From an uncultured Candidatus Binatia bacterium (GTDB taxonomy: Bacteria > Desulfobacterota > Binatia > Bin18): a stretch of DNA of 64,000 bases. A program made the position numbers and the translations under genes. This document shows, one piece after another, positions 19,560 to 29,853 of the stretch. The stretch is taken from the NCBI GenBank assembly GCA_965214605.1, contig OZ243961.1, positions 2,368,001-2,432,000 of the forward strand. Direction: 5' to 3'. Positions within the stretch are counted from its first letter, which is position 1. Each line of letters opens with the position of its first letter. The notes beneath the pieces are model-generated. The model made no database searches. It saw nothing but the letters and a program-made list of their open reading frames with translations, and was not told the origin of the DNA.

Positions 19560-20351
19560 ATGCCTCATCACGCCTTGCTCTTCCATAAAGAGCCGCCGCT
19601 TGGCTGGCTCGTGTTTAATCGGCCCGAACGTCGCAACGCCGTCAGTCTGGAGATGTGGCAAGCGCTGCCCGATCTGGTTGCCCAGGCTGCTGACGATCCG
19701 GCCGTGCGGGTGCTCATTCTCCGTGGCGGGGGAGAGGATGCGTTTATTTCTGGAGCCGATATCTCTCAGTTTGGCAAAGTCCGCTCCTCAAAAGAAACCA
19801 TGGGCGTCTATAACCGGGCGACCGGCGCTGCGCTGCGTTCTCTCGAACAGCTCGAAAAACCGCTCGTGGCCATGATTCACGGCTTCTGCCGAGGCGGCGG
19901 CTGCTCGGTGGCGCTGATGTGCGACCTGCGGCTGTGTGCCGATGACGCGAGTTTTGGCATTCCAGCCGCCCGGCTAGGTATTGCATACGCCATTGAGACC
20001 GGCGTGGAGCGGCTCGTGCAAATCGTGGGGGCGGCCAACGCGGCGGAGATTCTGATGACCGCCCGGACCTATGATGCTGAAGAAGCCTCCCACATGGGTT
20101 TGGTGAATCGGGTCATCGCCAAAGCCGAACTCGAATCCTTCACCCGCGATTACGCCACTAAAATGGCCGAGAACGCCCCGCTCAGCGTGGCCGCCCATAA
20201 ATTCTTTGTTCGGGAGAGCACCAAAGCCGCGGCCCTGCGGGACGCCGAGAAAATCCGCGCCTTCTCGACCGCCTGTGCCGAGAGCGATGACTACCGCGAA
20301 GGCGTACGCGCGTTTATGGAAAAGCGTCGCCCGCAGTTTCAGGGCCGGTAG
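19560..20351 (+). CDS. Enoyl-CoA hydratase/isomerase family
   Basis: NRPERRNA, AFISGADISQF, GFCRGGG and DYREGVRAFMEKRRPQFQGR. Confidence 0.95.
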   Translation: MPHHALLFHKEPPLGWLVFNRPERRNAVSLEMWQALPDLVAQAADDPAVRVLILRGGGEDAFISGADISQFGKVRSSKETMGVYNRATGAALRSLEQLEKPLVAMIHGFCRGGGCSVALMCDLRLCADDASFGIPAARLGIAYAIETGVERLVQIVGAANAAEILMTARTYDAEEASHMGLVNRVIAKAELESFTRDYATKMAENAPLSVAAHKFFVRESTKAAALRDAEKIRAFSTACAESDDYREGVRAFMEKRRPQFQGR

Positions 20352-20507
20352 ATGAACTGAGGAGTGAGAATGATTCGCGCGGCGATGTGGTGTCGCGAGA
20401 TCCTTCGAGCCGTGGATTTGTCGGCTTTGACGCGCAGCTGAATCAGACGCCGTCCTGACGTCTCGGTCTGATGAGCGCAGCGTAGGCCGGTACGGGTCAT
20501 GCCCCTC

Positions 20508-20546
20508 TTGACCGAGAGATATGACTGACTGTATAGTCAGTCATAT
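20508..20546 (+). promoter_or_regulatory. Sigma-70 promoter overlapped by a 12-bp-arm palindromic TetR operator
   Basis: TTGACC (20508)-N18-TATAGT (20532). The inverted repeat ATATGACTGACT-GTAT-AGTCAGTCATAT (20519-20546) covers the -10 and reaches the start codon. Confidence 0.85.
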
Positions 20547-21198
20547 GACTAAAAATTCATCAGCCACAAAAGACGAAGTGTTGCGCAAGTTTCGCATGCG
20601 AGAAATCTTGGACGCAACGTGTCGGGTGGTGTCGCGACACGGCTTTCAGGGGGCGACTGTCGATCGTGTAGCAGAAGAGGCCAAGATCGCCAAAGGCACG
20701 ATCTATCTGTATTTTCACAAAAAAGAAGAGCTACTCAAAGCCGCGGTTGAACAGGGTATGGAGAACTTCACCAACCAGGTTCGGGCCGAGGTGAAAGAAG
20801 TCAGCGCTCCGCTCGAAAAAATCGTGTGTCTCGTCGAAGCCGTCATTGAGCTGAGCGATACCAACCGCGACTTTTTTAAGATGCTGTTGCTTGAGCGCAA
20901 CTTACTAGCCGCTTCGCCAGACCATCCTGAGGCGTCCCATACGCTCGATCTGTATCTCGACTACATCCGGTTTATTGAGGAGACGATTCAAGAAGCGGTC
21001 AATGCCGGGGTGCTCCGTCCACATAACACCGAAGCCTCAGCCTTTGCTCTGAGCGAGTCGCTGCGAGGCTGTTTCCAGCAGCGGGCGCTTGGGCTGACCG
21101 CGCGCTCGGCCGCGGAGGACGCCGAGATTTTGCTTGATCTTCTGATGCACGGAGTGCTCAACCCCACTCATAGCAATCACAAGGAGTTGTCATCATGA
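20545..21198 (+). CDS. TetR/AcrR family regulator of the efflux operon
   Basis: EILDATCRVVSRHGFQGATVDRVAEEAKIAKGTIYLYF. The ATG at 20545 follows the -10, whereas the ATG at 20521 lies inside the promoter. Confidence 0.93.
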   Translation: MTKNSSATKDEVLRKFRMREILDATCRVVSRHGFQGATVDRVAEEAKIAKGTIYLYFHKKEELLKAAVEQGMENFTNQVRAEVKEVSAPLEKIVCLVEAVIELSDTNRDFFKMLLLERNLLAASPDHPEASHTLDLYLDYIRFIEETIQEAVNAGVLRPHNTEASAFALSESLRGCFQQRALGLTARSAAEDAEILLDLLMHGVLNPTHSNHKELSS

Positions 21199-22325
21199 GA
21201 CCTCTGATATCCGCGTTTGTTTCTCTCCTGATGGCGATGGTGGGCGGCTTTATGACTGCGGGCTGTCAGTCAGAGGACTCCAAGGTCGCCGAGGCCGAGG
21301 CGGCCAAACCCAGCCAAGCTGCAGTGCCGGATGAGCAGGCGCTCACGGTCCAGATTGCCTCGCCGGTCATGCGTCAAGTCCAGCGTACCGGCAGCGGCCA
21401 GGGGGCGCTGTTTGCCCACGAGACGGTCAGCTTGTCAAATAAGCAGGATGGCTATGTCAGCACCGTCCGCGTGGACTTTGGGGATGAGGTCCGCCGCGGT
21501 CAGCTCTTGGCCCAGATGGAGCGCGAGGAACTCGCTCTACAGGTTGACTCGGCAGAGAGCGCGGTCAAGCAGGCCGAGGCCATGTATATTCGGGCCAAGG
21601 CCGAAAATCAGCGCATTCAGGAGCTGTTTGCCGAACAGATCATTCCGCCCCAGCGCCGCGATACCGCCGAAGCGGAGTACAAGGTCGCGGCCGCCCAGGT
21701 CGAAACGGCCAAGAAAGCCCTGGCTCTGGCCAAAAAACGCCTCCGTGATACTCGCATTGTGTCGCCGGTCAACGGTTTTATCCAACAACGTTTTGCCAAC
21801 CCGGGCGAGTACAAACAGGCCGCCTCAAAGCTGCTTGAGGTCGTCGTGGTCAATCCACTCAAGATGCGGGCCCCCGTACCGGAACGGTTTGCCGCGGTGG
21901 CTCGGATCGGGATGGCGATCCACGTCGAGGTCGAGGCCCTGCCGGGTGAAATATTCGAGGGCCGGCTCACCCGGATGGCCGCCCAGGTTGACCATAGGAC
22001 GCGGACCCTGCTGATCGAAGCCGAGATCCCGAACCCTGACCGCAAGCTGCGGCCCGGCTATTTTGCCCACATCACTGGGGTTCTGGGCGAAGAAGAAGCC
22101 CTGTTCATTCCACGCGTTGGTCTGTCGCGCTTTGCCGGCGTGGAGCGGGTCTTTGTGGTGCAGGACAATGTCATTGTCTCGCGCGAGGTACGGTCCGGGG
22201 TTGAGGACGGGGAGTGGATCGAAATTGCTGAAGGATTGGCCCAGGATGAAGTGATCGCCGTTAGCCGTCTCAACCGTTTGGCCGACGGCATAGCGGTCCA
22301 GATCAAACGGGTGGAGGCACAATGA
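21195..22325 (+). CDS. RND efflux periplasmic adaptor (MFP), lipoprotein
   Basis: TAGC lipobox, lipoyl/hairpin segments (GDEVRRGQLL, IVSPVNG) and NPDRKLRPG. ATGA overlaps on both sides. Confidence 0.93.
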   Translation: MRPLISAFVSLLMAMVGGFMTAGCQSEDSKVAEAEAAKPSQAAVPDEQALTVQIASPVMRQVQRTGSGQGALFAHETVSLSNKQDGYVSTVRVDFGDEVRRGQLLAQMEREELALQVDSAESAVKQAEAMYIRAKAENQRIQELFAEQIIPPQRRDTAEAEYKVAAAQVETAKKALALAKKRLRDTRIVSPVNGFIQQRFANPGEYKQAASKLLEVVVVNPLKMRAPVPERFAAVARIGMAIHVEVEALPGEIFEGRLTRMAAQVDHRTRTLLIEAEIPNPDRKLRPGYFAHITGVLGEEEALFIPRVGLSRFAGVERVFVVQDNVIVSREVRSGVEDGEWIEIAEGLAQDEVIAVSRLNRLADGIAVQIKRVEAQ

Positions 22326-25300
22326 TTCTCGCCGATATCTGTGTTCGCCGACCGGTCTTTGCCACCATGTTGATCGGCGTGCTGGTGGTAACGGGCTGGT
22401 TCTCGTATAAAAGTCTGACTTTGGAGCTCATGCCCAAGGTCGAGATGCCTGTCGTCACCGTGACCACCACCTTGCCGGGTGCTGGCCCGGAAGAAATCGA
22501 AGCCCAGGTCACCAAGATCATTGAGGAAGCCATCAATACGGTCAGTGGGATTGATGAACTGCGCTCGGTGACCCGCGAGGGGCTCTCTCAGGTGATTGTC
22601 CAGTTTGTGCTGGAAAAAGATCTGGGGATTGCAGCCCAAGAGGTGCGTGACAAAGTTGGCACGGTTGTGGCCGATCTCCCCGAGGACGTCGACCCGCCAA
22701 TTGTTGAGAAGTTTGATGTTGACGCAACGCCGATCGCGACGATTACGGTCTCCGGCTTCTTTGGCTTGAAAGAACTCACCGAGATTGCCGAGAACCAGGT
22801 CAAGGAGCCGCTGGAGTCGGTGTCCGGGGTGGGGGCGATTGACATTATTGGCGGCCGCAAGCGGGAGATTCAGGTCTTGATCGCCCATGAGCGTTTGATG
22901 GCATACCGGCTGTCCATACACGCGGTGGCCCAAGCACTGGCCAAGCAAAACGTCGAGTTTCCCGGCGGACGGATCACCCAGGACAGCGGCGAGACCGTTC
23001 TGCGCACGCTCGGTCGGGTCAAGTCGGTCCGTGAGTTCGAAGATATTGTGGTGGCGACCAAAGACGGCGTGCCGATTACCATCGCCGACATCGGGCATGT
23101 AGAGGACGGGGTTGAAGAGCCTCGCTCGTTGTCACGCTACGACGGCAAGAATGCCGTCTCGCTGGTGATTCGCAAACAGTCAGGAGCCAACACCGTGGAT
23201 GCGGTCGAGGCCTTGCAGGAACGCTTAAGCGAGGTCCGCAAACTTCTCCCACCCGGCCTAGACGCGCTTATCACTCGAGATCAGTCGGAGTTTGTCAAAG
23301 CCTCGGTCCACGAGGTCGAACAACATCTCATCTTAGGCTCGATATTTGCCAGCATCATCGTGTTTTTCTTTTTGGGGAACCTGCGTTCAACCATCATTGC
23401 CGCCGTCTCTATTCCGGTCTCAATTATTGCTACCTATAGCCTGCTGGCCGCGGCCGGCTACTCGCTGAATCGGGTCACGTTGCTTGGGCTGACCCTGGCC
23501 GTGGGCATTGTGATCGACGACGCCATTGTCGTCCTGGAAAACATCTACCGCTATATCGAAGAGAAGGGCATGGCGCCGTTTGAGGCGGCTCGGGCTGCCA
23601 CCGCCGAGGTGGGTCTTGCCGTGAGCGCCACAACCCTGTCGCTGGTGGTAATTTTTATTCCGGTTGGATTCCTAAAGGGTGTCGTGGGCATGTGGCTCAG
23701 CAGCTTTGGCTTTACCATGGCTTTCGCCATCATGGTCTCGTTGCTGGTGTCGTTTACTCTGACGCCGATGATGTGTGCCCGCTTCCTGCCCAAAAATACT
23801 GAGCACAAGGCCCACTCCTCGCGCGAATCGCTCTTGTACCGGCTTACCGATCGCGGCTATGCGGCAATGTTGACCTGGTCCATGCATCACCGTTGGGTGA
23901 TCGTGTGTCTGACCCTGGGGCTGTTCATCGCTACCCCGTGGATTGGCGGCCTGGTCCGTCCCAGCCTGATGGCGAGTGATGACCGGGGTGAGTTCGAAAT
24001 TAATATTAAAACCCCACCCGGCTACTCGCTGGCCCAGACCGATGCGGTGACCGCTCAGATTGAGGCCGAAATTCAACCCTTGCCCGGCGTTGCCCATCTG
24101 TTGACCGAGATTGGCTCGGTCATCGGCGAGTCGGTCACTAAGGCCAAGATCGTGGTAATCCTTGATCACTATACGGAACGCGAGCTGAAACAGTACGAAG
24201 TCATGGATCTGGCCCGAGAGAAGGTCCAAGGCTTTCCGGGCATGCGGATTAGTGTGGACCAGATCCTGCCGGTGAGCGGTGGGGGAGTCCAGAACGTCGA
24301 TGTGTCGTACAATCTGCGCGGTCCACAGCTTGAGACGCTGCAACAGTACGCCGAAGAACTGAAAGCAAGTGCTCAACACATTCCGGGTCTGCGGGACGTT
24401 GACTCGACCTATGAGGGGGGCAATCCCGAACTGCAAGTCCACCTCAACCGACGCAAGTCTTCTGACCTCGGAGTTGAGGCGGCAGATATTGCCTCGACCA
24501 TCCGCATCATGGTTGCGGGCGAGAAGATTACCACCTACCGTGAGGGTGATGAACTCTACGACGTGCGTTTGCGTCTGGCTCCTGAGAGCCGCAACCGGCC
24601 AGAGATCATTCAACAGGCCGCCATCCCCTCGGCCGCGGTTGGACAGGTCCAGCTCAGTAGTCTGGTTGACATGATTCCGGGGACCGGCCCGGTCCAGATT
24701 GATCGCCAAGAGCGTCAGCGTCAGATCACGATTACGGCCAACCTGGCCAAAGGCAAGGCGCTGAGCGATGCGATTGCCGACATTGATGCCAAGGTCGAAG
24801 ACATGGGACTGCCGCTCGGCTATACGACCGGTGTATCGGGCATGGGGAAAATGTTTGCCGAGATGATGGCAAGCTTCCAGATTGCCTTTTTGCTGTCGAT
24901 CATCGGCATGTATATGATTCTGGCCGCCCAGTTTGAGAGCTTTTTGCACCCTATTACCATCATGCTGTCGCTCCCCTTAGCGGTGCCGTTTGCCCTGCTG
25001 GCACTGTGGATTTTTGATCAGCATTTGGCGCTGTTTGCGATTCTTGGGATGTTGTTGCTGTTTGGGATTGTGAAGAAGAATTCGATTCTGCAGATTGACC
25101 ATACGATTAATCTGCGGGCCCAGGGCATCCCCCGTGACGAGGCCCTCCTCAGGGCCAACCGGGAACGCCTGCGGCCGATCCTGATGACAACGCTGGCCCT
25201 AGTGGCGGGCATGATGCCGATCTTGCTCGGCCAGGGACCGGCGGCCGAGAGCCACCGTGGCATTGCGGTGGTGGTAATCGGTGGGCAGAGTCTGTGTTTG

Positions 25301-25471
25301 TTGATCACCCTGTTGGTGACACCGGTTGCCTACTCGCTGTTTGACGACATGGAAGCCGGTCTCGCGAGGATGCTTGACCGGCTGCGACGGGCCAGCACCT
25401 GGAGCCGCTTCCGGCGCACGCCCGGACCGGCCCCCGTCGCTGGGGTCGGCGAAGAGCCGATCGCGGATTAA
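22322..25471 (+). CDS. RND efflux permease (AcrB/AcrD/AcrF family)
   Basis: RRPVFA, GIVIDDAIVVLENI, GIVKKNSIL and RLRPILMTT. 1049 aa. Confidence 0.97.
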   Translation: MILADICVRRPVFATMLIGVLVVTGWFSYKSLTLELMPKVEMPVVTVTTTLPGAGPEEIEAQVTKIIEEAINTVSGIDELRSVTREGLSQVIVQFVLEKDLGIAAQEVRDKVGTVVADLPEDVDPPIVEKFDVDATPIATITVSGFFGLKELTEIAENQVKEPLESVSGVGAIDIIGGRKREIQVLIAHERLMAYRLSIHAVAQALAKQNVEFPGGRITQDSGETVLRTLGRVKSVREFEDIVVATKDGVPITIADIGHVEDGVEEPRSLSRYDGKNAVSLVIRKQSGANTVDAVEALQERLSEVRKLLPPGLDALITRDQSEFVKASVHEVEQHLILGSIFASIIVFFFLGNLRSTIIAAVSIPVSIIATYSLLAAAGYSLNRVTLLGLTLAVGIVIDDAIVVLENIYRYIEEKGMAPFEAARAATAEVGLAVSATTLSLVVIFIPVGFLKGVVGMWLSSFGFTMAFAIMVSLLVSFTLTPMMCARFLPKNTEHKAHSSRESLLYRLTDRGYAAMLTWSMHHRWVIVCLTLGLFIATPWIGGLVRPSLMASDDRGEFEINIKTPPGYSLAQTDAVTAQIEAEIQPLPGVAHLLTEIGSVIGESVTKAKIVVILDHYTERELKQYEVMDLAREKVQGFPGMRISVDQILPVSGGGVQNVDVSYNLRGPQLETLQQYAEELKASAQHIPGLRDVDSTYEGGNPELQVHLNRRKSSDLGVEAADIASTIRIMVAGEKITTYREGDELYDVRLRLAPESRNRPEIIQQAAIPSAAVGQVQLSSLVDMIPGTGPVQIDRQERQRQITITANLAKGKALSDAIADIDAKVEDMGLPLGYTTGVSGMGKMFAEMMASFQIAFLLSIIGMYMILAAQFESFLHPITIMLSLPLAVPFALLALWIFDQHLALFAILGMLLLFGIVKKNSILQIDHTINLRAQGIPRDEALLRANRERLRPILMTTLALVAGMMPILLGQGPAAESHRGIAVVVIGGQSLCLLITLLVTPVAYSLFDDMEAGLARMLDRLRRASTWSRFRRTPGPAPVAGVGEEPIAD

Positions 25472-25513
25472 GCCACGCCGGAAAAACTTTCCGCTGAAGG
25501 GAGCCGAGGGAGG

Positions 25514-27211
25514 ATGGGCGAAATCAAAAGCGAAAAAATTCTGCTGAAAGATATTTTCTCGCGCATGTGGTTTCGGATTCCTGCATACCAGCGGCCCTAT
25601 GTCTGGACCACTGATCAAGTAAGGGACTTACTTGACGATCTGACCTTTGCACAGGAGCAGGAGAGGGAGGAATACTTCCTAGGCTCTTTTGTCTTTCAGT
25701 CGAGGACCGCCGATCAATCCAAGGGAGAAAAATTTGACGAGAATGATTTACTCGACGGCCAGCAGCGTATGTCCACGCTGTTGATGCTGTTTGCCGTTAT
25801 CCGCGACATCGCCGCCGACGAGGATGCCAGATCCGACTGCCAAGAATGCATCCACCAGGAAGCCAGAAAATACAAGAAAGTGCCGGAGCGCGTGCGCCTT
25901 GAGTTCCCGATTCGAGTCGAAGTTCAGAAATTCATCGAGAAATATGTCAAAACAAAGGACGGCACTAAACAAGAAGACGAATTGACCGAGATCGCGACGA
26001 GCGGAGATGACGTGTCCTTAAAGAACATGGCGCAGGCCATCTTGGAGATACACAAATTCTTTGCAGAAGAGGAGGAAAGCGTTCGGCCCGAAGAGCTGCT
26101 TGATTTCCTGCTAAACAGGGTTCTTCTCATTTACGTTTCCACCGAAGACCGGGAAGATGCCTTTCGCCTTTTTATGATTCTGAATAACCGAGGCATCCCT
26201 CTGCGGAACAGCGATATTCTCAAGTCAATGAATATCGGTGCTCTCAATACCGAGGAGGAGAAGGTCCGGTACGCAGAGATGTGGGAGGAAGCCGAGAACG
26301 AATTGGGTGACGAATTCAACCGATTTCTCAGCTATATCCGGACCATCCTGGTCAAAGATAAAGCGCGCCTGAGCCTGCTCCAGGAGTTTGAGGAGAAAAT
26401 TTACACCGGCAGCCCCCCCTTGCTAACACGAGGGGAGGAGACTTTCCGATTGCTGGAGAGGTATCTCGAACACCACCGAACGGTTCTTGATGGCAACAAT
26501 TACGACCAATTCGAGAGTTTCGAGTTCGATAACCTTGTGAAGGTGATGCTGGAGGGTCTGCCCGTGAGGGATTGGGTCCCTCCACTTCTCCATTACTTTG
26601 AGCGCTTCCGGTTTGACCAGGCCCTGAAGTTTTTGCAGAAACTCGACAACAAGTTCTCTGCGGACTGGATTTTGAAAGACACTCCCACGGAACGCATCAA
26701 GAGAATGAACCGGATCATCGAAACTATTGACGGAGCAGCGACAGCGCAACAAGTCCTTGAGGCGAAGTGTTTCGAGTCTCCCGACGCTCAAGGCTTCAGG
26801 GATGCCATATCAGGTAGGGTGTACGACAAGCGATACTGCCGTTATTTACTGCTTAAGTTGGATTATCTCTATCAGGATCACTCGCACCGAATGAACTTCG
26901 AGAGACTCTCCGTTGAGCACGTGCTGCCGCAAAATCCTTCGGACAAGAGTCAGTGGGTAGCGGATTTCACTCCGGAACAACAAGACACATGGACGGACTG
27001 CCTCGGGAATCTCGTACTCATTTCACGTCGCAAGAATTCTTCGCTGGGCCGCCTCGATTACGCCCAGAAGAAGAAAAGATATTTCGAGAGAAACATCAGC
27101 ACTTGTCCCAACTCGCTTCGGGTCATCAAGAATGACCGGTGGACTTTGGCTGAATTGGAAGCAAACCACAAAGAGGTACTAGGGAGATTAGAGGCGCACT
27201 ACAAAATTTAA
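25514..27211 (+). CDS. GmrSD-like type IV restriction nuclease (DUF262 + DUF1524/HNH)
   Basis: IPAYQRPYVW, LLDGQQR and FMILNNRGIPL (DUF262). VEHVLPQN...LGNLVLISRRKNSSLG (HNH). More A-rich than its neighbours. Confidence 0.88.
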   Translation: MGEIKSEKILLKDIFSRMWFRIPAYQRPYVWTTDQVRDLLDDLTFAQEQEREEYFLGSFVFQSRTADQSKGEKFDENDLLDGQQRMSTLLMLFAVIRDIAADEDARSDCQECIHQEARKYKKVPERVRLEFPIRVEVQKFIEKYVKTKDGTKQEDELTEIATSGDDVSLKNMAQAILEIHKFFAEEEESVRPEELLDFLLNRVLLIYVSTEDREDAFRLFMILNNRGIPLRNSDILKSMNIGALNTEEEKVRYAEMWEEAENELGDEFNRFLSYIRTILVKDKARLSLLQEFEEKIYTGSPPLLTRGEETFRLLERYLEHHRTVLDGNNYDQFESFEFDNLVKVMLEGLPVRDWVPPLLHYFERFRFDQALKFLQKLDNKFSADWILKDTPTERIKRMNRIIETIDGAATAQQVLEAKCFESPDAQGFRDAISGRVYDKRYCRYLLLKLDYLYQDHSHRMNFERLSVEHVLPQNPSDKSQWVADFTPEQQDTWTDCLGNLVLISRRKNSSLGRLDYAQKKKRYFERNISTCPNSLRVIKNDRWTLAELEANHKEVLGRLEAHYKI

Positions 27212-27229
27212 CGCGCCTCAGCAGTTGAG

Positions 27230-27460
27230 CTGGATGATGGGAGCCTGATAAGGTCGGGCAGGGCCCTACGGAACCCCAAAAGCCTAAGTGACCCGCCCCT
27301 AAGGCGCTTTGTCGAGAGCGCAGGTCGCCTGAGCCACGGCTCGGGCGTCGTGTCGAGAGCGTCGACGAACTCAAACGCCGCGGCCACAGCACTGCACCAC
27401 GCTTGCCGGATGAGCACCTTATGGTCGGGCCCTTGCCGAGCCGTGCGGCGAACACCGCTT
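27230..27460 (-). pseudogene. Possible ParE/RelE toxin remnant
   Basis: AVAAAFEFVDALD...RRPA...LRLLGFRRALPDLI weakly recalls ParE (A..FIDAL...HP..G...LR......PYLIFY). No credible start. Confidence 0.3.
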
Positions 27461-27686
27461 GCCCGATTCCCTAGGGCGCACGAACCGGATAAGTGCACCG
27501 GGATGAAATAGACCCGTGGGTGCTCTCCTTGCGGGGCTATTCATGACTTGGACATCGCGGCCGCCTGTCAATGCGCATTGAGGAAAAACCCTCCAATCCG
27601 CTTCTCCAGCCGATTGCCGGGATGGACTCGTCTTACAGCTGCAGTGGACAGAAAGACGAGCGTCCGCCGCCCGTTCCCCGTCCTCC

Positions 27687-28199
27687 TCAGGACAGGGACT
27701 TGGCCGGTGTCTCTCCCCCGGCATTTTCGGCCAGCGTCCGCAAGACTTGTCCGCTGACCCGATACAGCAGCCACTCCTGCATGTGCTCCAAACCGAGACG
27801 TTGATAGAATCTCCGGGCCGGGTTCCAGTCAAGGACCTGGAGTTCTAGACGCGCACAGCCGCGCTCGATCGCAATGGCCGCCAGGGTGCGCATCAGTTTT
27901 TCCCCAACCCCTTGGCCGCGCACTGCTTCCTCAACAAAGATATCCTCAAGATGAATGCCGGTCGTGCCTTCCCAGGTTGAGTAGGTTGGAAAAAAGAGGG
28001 CAAAGCCGACCGGAACGCCGTCGAGTTCGGCCAGCAGAGTTTCAAATTTGGGCCGTTGGCCAAAACCGTCGCGCAGCAGGTCTTCGGGGGTTGTCTTGAC
28101 TGCATCGGGCTCACGCTCAAACGCCGCGAGGCTTTTGATGAAGTGAAAGATGGTATCAACGTCGGCGGCGCTAGCGGGGCGAATAGTGAGAGAAGACAT
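27687..28199 (-). CDS. GNAT N-acetyltransferase (diamine acetyltransferase-like)
   Basis: LAAFEREPDAV, GFALFFPTYSTWEG...LEDIFV, RGQGVG and VLDWNPARRFY. Confidence 0.92.
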   Translation of the reverse strand: MSSLTIRPASAADVDTIFHFIKSLAAFEREPDAVKTTPEDLLRDGFGQRPKFETLLAELDGVPVGFALFFPTYSTWEGTTGIHLEDIFVEEAVRGQGVGEKLMRTLAAIAIERGCARLELQVLDWNPARRFYQRLGLEHMQEWLLYRVSGQVLRTLAENAGGETPAKSLS

Positions 28200-28226
28200 G
28201 GGGCGGAGACCTCATAAGGGCAGGGC

Positions 28227-29834
28227 TTACATATCGATGAGCACCCCGGGATTCAACAGACCCTTTGGATCAAGCGATTCCTTGGCTGCCCGCAGAGCAG
28301 TGGCAAACAATTCCGGACGCTGACGGTCGTACTGGGGCCGATGGATACGCCCGACCGAATGGTGGTGGGTGACCGTGCCACCGTATTTGACCACAGCGTC
28401 CGCGGCCGCGGTCTTAATCTCCTGCCACTGCTGGAGTGCACCGGCGTGCGTACCAATTCCGGTAAAGGTGTAATACGGGGCTGGACCGTCGGGATAGACG
28501 TGGGTAAAGCGACACGACAGCAATCCTCCACCGCACACTTCGTCAAGCGCTTTTTGGATATCGGCTTGCACCCTGGCGTGAAATTCGTCGAAACGCTGCC
28601 ACGGAATCGAACTCTCGACCGTATCGAAAATCGCTCCCATCGCCGCGATCGTCCCCATTTGATACGGCATGCGCAGAAAGGCGTTGCGCCAGTCGCCGAC
28701 CGAGCCGCCGCGTCCGGTGGTTTCTCCGTCTCCTCGAACGACGACGCCGTTTGGCGTGGTTCCACCGTGGTCAGCGCAACACTCTAGGGCGTGCTTGATC
28801 CAGGTCTCCAGCCCGTGGTCGGCCGATTCAAACCCCAGCATCAGCATCGTCCCCCCGCCATCGCTGACCTTGTTGCGTTTGACCTCGGCCGGGTCTAGCA
28901 GCCGGCAGTTGGCCGGATATAGCCCGGTCTGGCTAAGCGCCCGCACCGCAGCCACGCCGGACTCAAACCGCTCAAAATGCACCCCGGCAGAGGCGCGGTA
29001 GACCGGGCGGTCCTGGAGACGCATCCACGCCTCGGTGATGATACCCAGAATCCCTTCTGAGCCGATAAACAGACGATCTGGACTTGGGCCGGCTCCAGAG
29101 CCCGGCAGCCGACGCGATTCGAGCGTGCCACGTGGTGTCACCACCCGGAGGGATTCGACAAAGTCATCAATATGGGTGTACAGGGTGGCAAAATGGCCGC
29201 CCGAGCGGGTTGCAATCCAGCCACCCAGGCTGGAGAACTCAAACGACTGCGGATAGTGACGGAGGGTATAGCCGTGCGGCCGCAGCTGGTTTTCCAGCGC
29301 CGGTCCATACACGCCGGCCTGAATGCGGGCGGCGCGAGAGCTTGGGTCGATGGCTAACACCTTGTCGAGAGAGCGCAGATCAATCGACACACTGGCCGGA
29401 TAGGTATCGCTGGGCGGAGGCTCAACCCCACCGGCGGCGCTTGACCCTCCGCCAAACGGAATCGCCACTGCTCCGGCCTGATAACACCAGTCGAGCACCG
29501 AAACAACGTCGTGCTCGGTTTTGGGGAAGGCAACAATATCGGGCGGGTTGGGGAACTCGGCATGGACGGCCCGCAATAGGTCTGGGCAGGCCTTGCCGTA
29601 GGAGTGGGCCGCGCGGTCGTAGGTTGTGGTGGAACACATGGCCTGCAAAGAAGCCGGCGGTGTGATACGCGGCGGGCGGAGTTCTATCTCTTCGACCTTG
29701 GGCAGGGGACGGAGATCAAAGTCCGTTTTCCCTAAACTGGCGGCCAGGGCTTTGGCAATTGCTTTTTGTTGGTCCGGCGTTGGCTGTTCGTCCTCATATC
29801 CCCAGCCCCAAATCGTGGTGCGACGTTGTGACAT
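28227..29834 (-). CDS. FAD-binding oxidoreductase, alkyl-DHAP-synthase-like (VAO/PCMH family)
   Basis: WGWG, PFGGGSS, HYPQSFEFSSLGGWIATRSGG, THVYPDG, THHHSVG and LDPKGLLNPG. Confidence 0.9.
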   Translation of the reverse strand: MSQRRTTIWGWGYEDEQPTPDQQKAIAKALAASLGKTDFDLRPLPKVEEIELRPPRITPPASLQAMCSTTTYDRAAHSYGKACPDLLRAVHAEFPNPPDIVAFPKTEHDVVSVLDWCYQAGAVAIPFGGGSSAAGGVEPPPSDTYPASVSIDLRSLDKVLAIDPSSRAARIQAGVYGPALENQLRPHGYTLRHYPQSFEFSSLGGWIATRSGGHFATLYTHIDDFVESLRVVTPRGTLESRRLPGSGAGPSPDRLFIGSEGILGIITEAWMRLQDRPVYRASAGVHFERFESGVAAVRALSQTGLYPANCRLLDPAEVKRNKVSDGGGTMLMLGFESADHGLETWIKHALECCADHGGTTPNGVVVRGDGETTGRGGSVGDWRNAFLRMPYQMGTIAAMGAIFDTVESSIPWQRFDEFHARVQADIQKALDEVCGGGLLSCRFTHVYPDGPAPYYTFTGIGTHAGALQQWQEIKTAAADAVVKYGGTVTHHHSVGRIHRPQYDRQRPELFATALRAAKESLDPKGLLNPGVLIDM

Positions 29835-29853
29835 GTCTGGATTCCTCCTCTGC

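Noticed and set aside
20440-20490. Hammerhead ribozyme suggested by a hairpin plus CTGATGAG
   Set aside because: There is no downstream GAAA core or stem II/III pairing.
23672-24949. Long antisense ORFs (also 31550-32629, 22058-23098, 6391-7254, 36556-37458)
   Set aside because: These are shadow frames opposite well-supported genes in GC-rich DNA, with no motifs.
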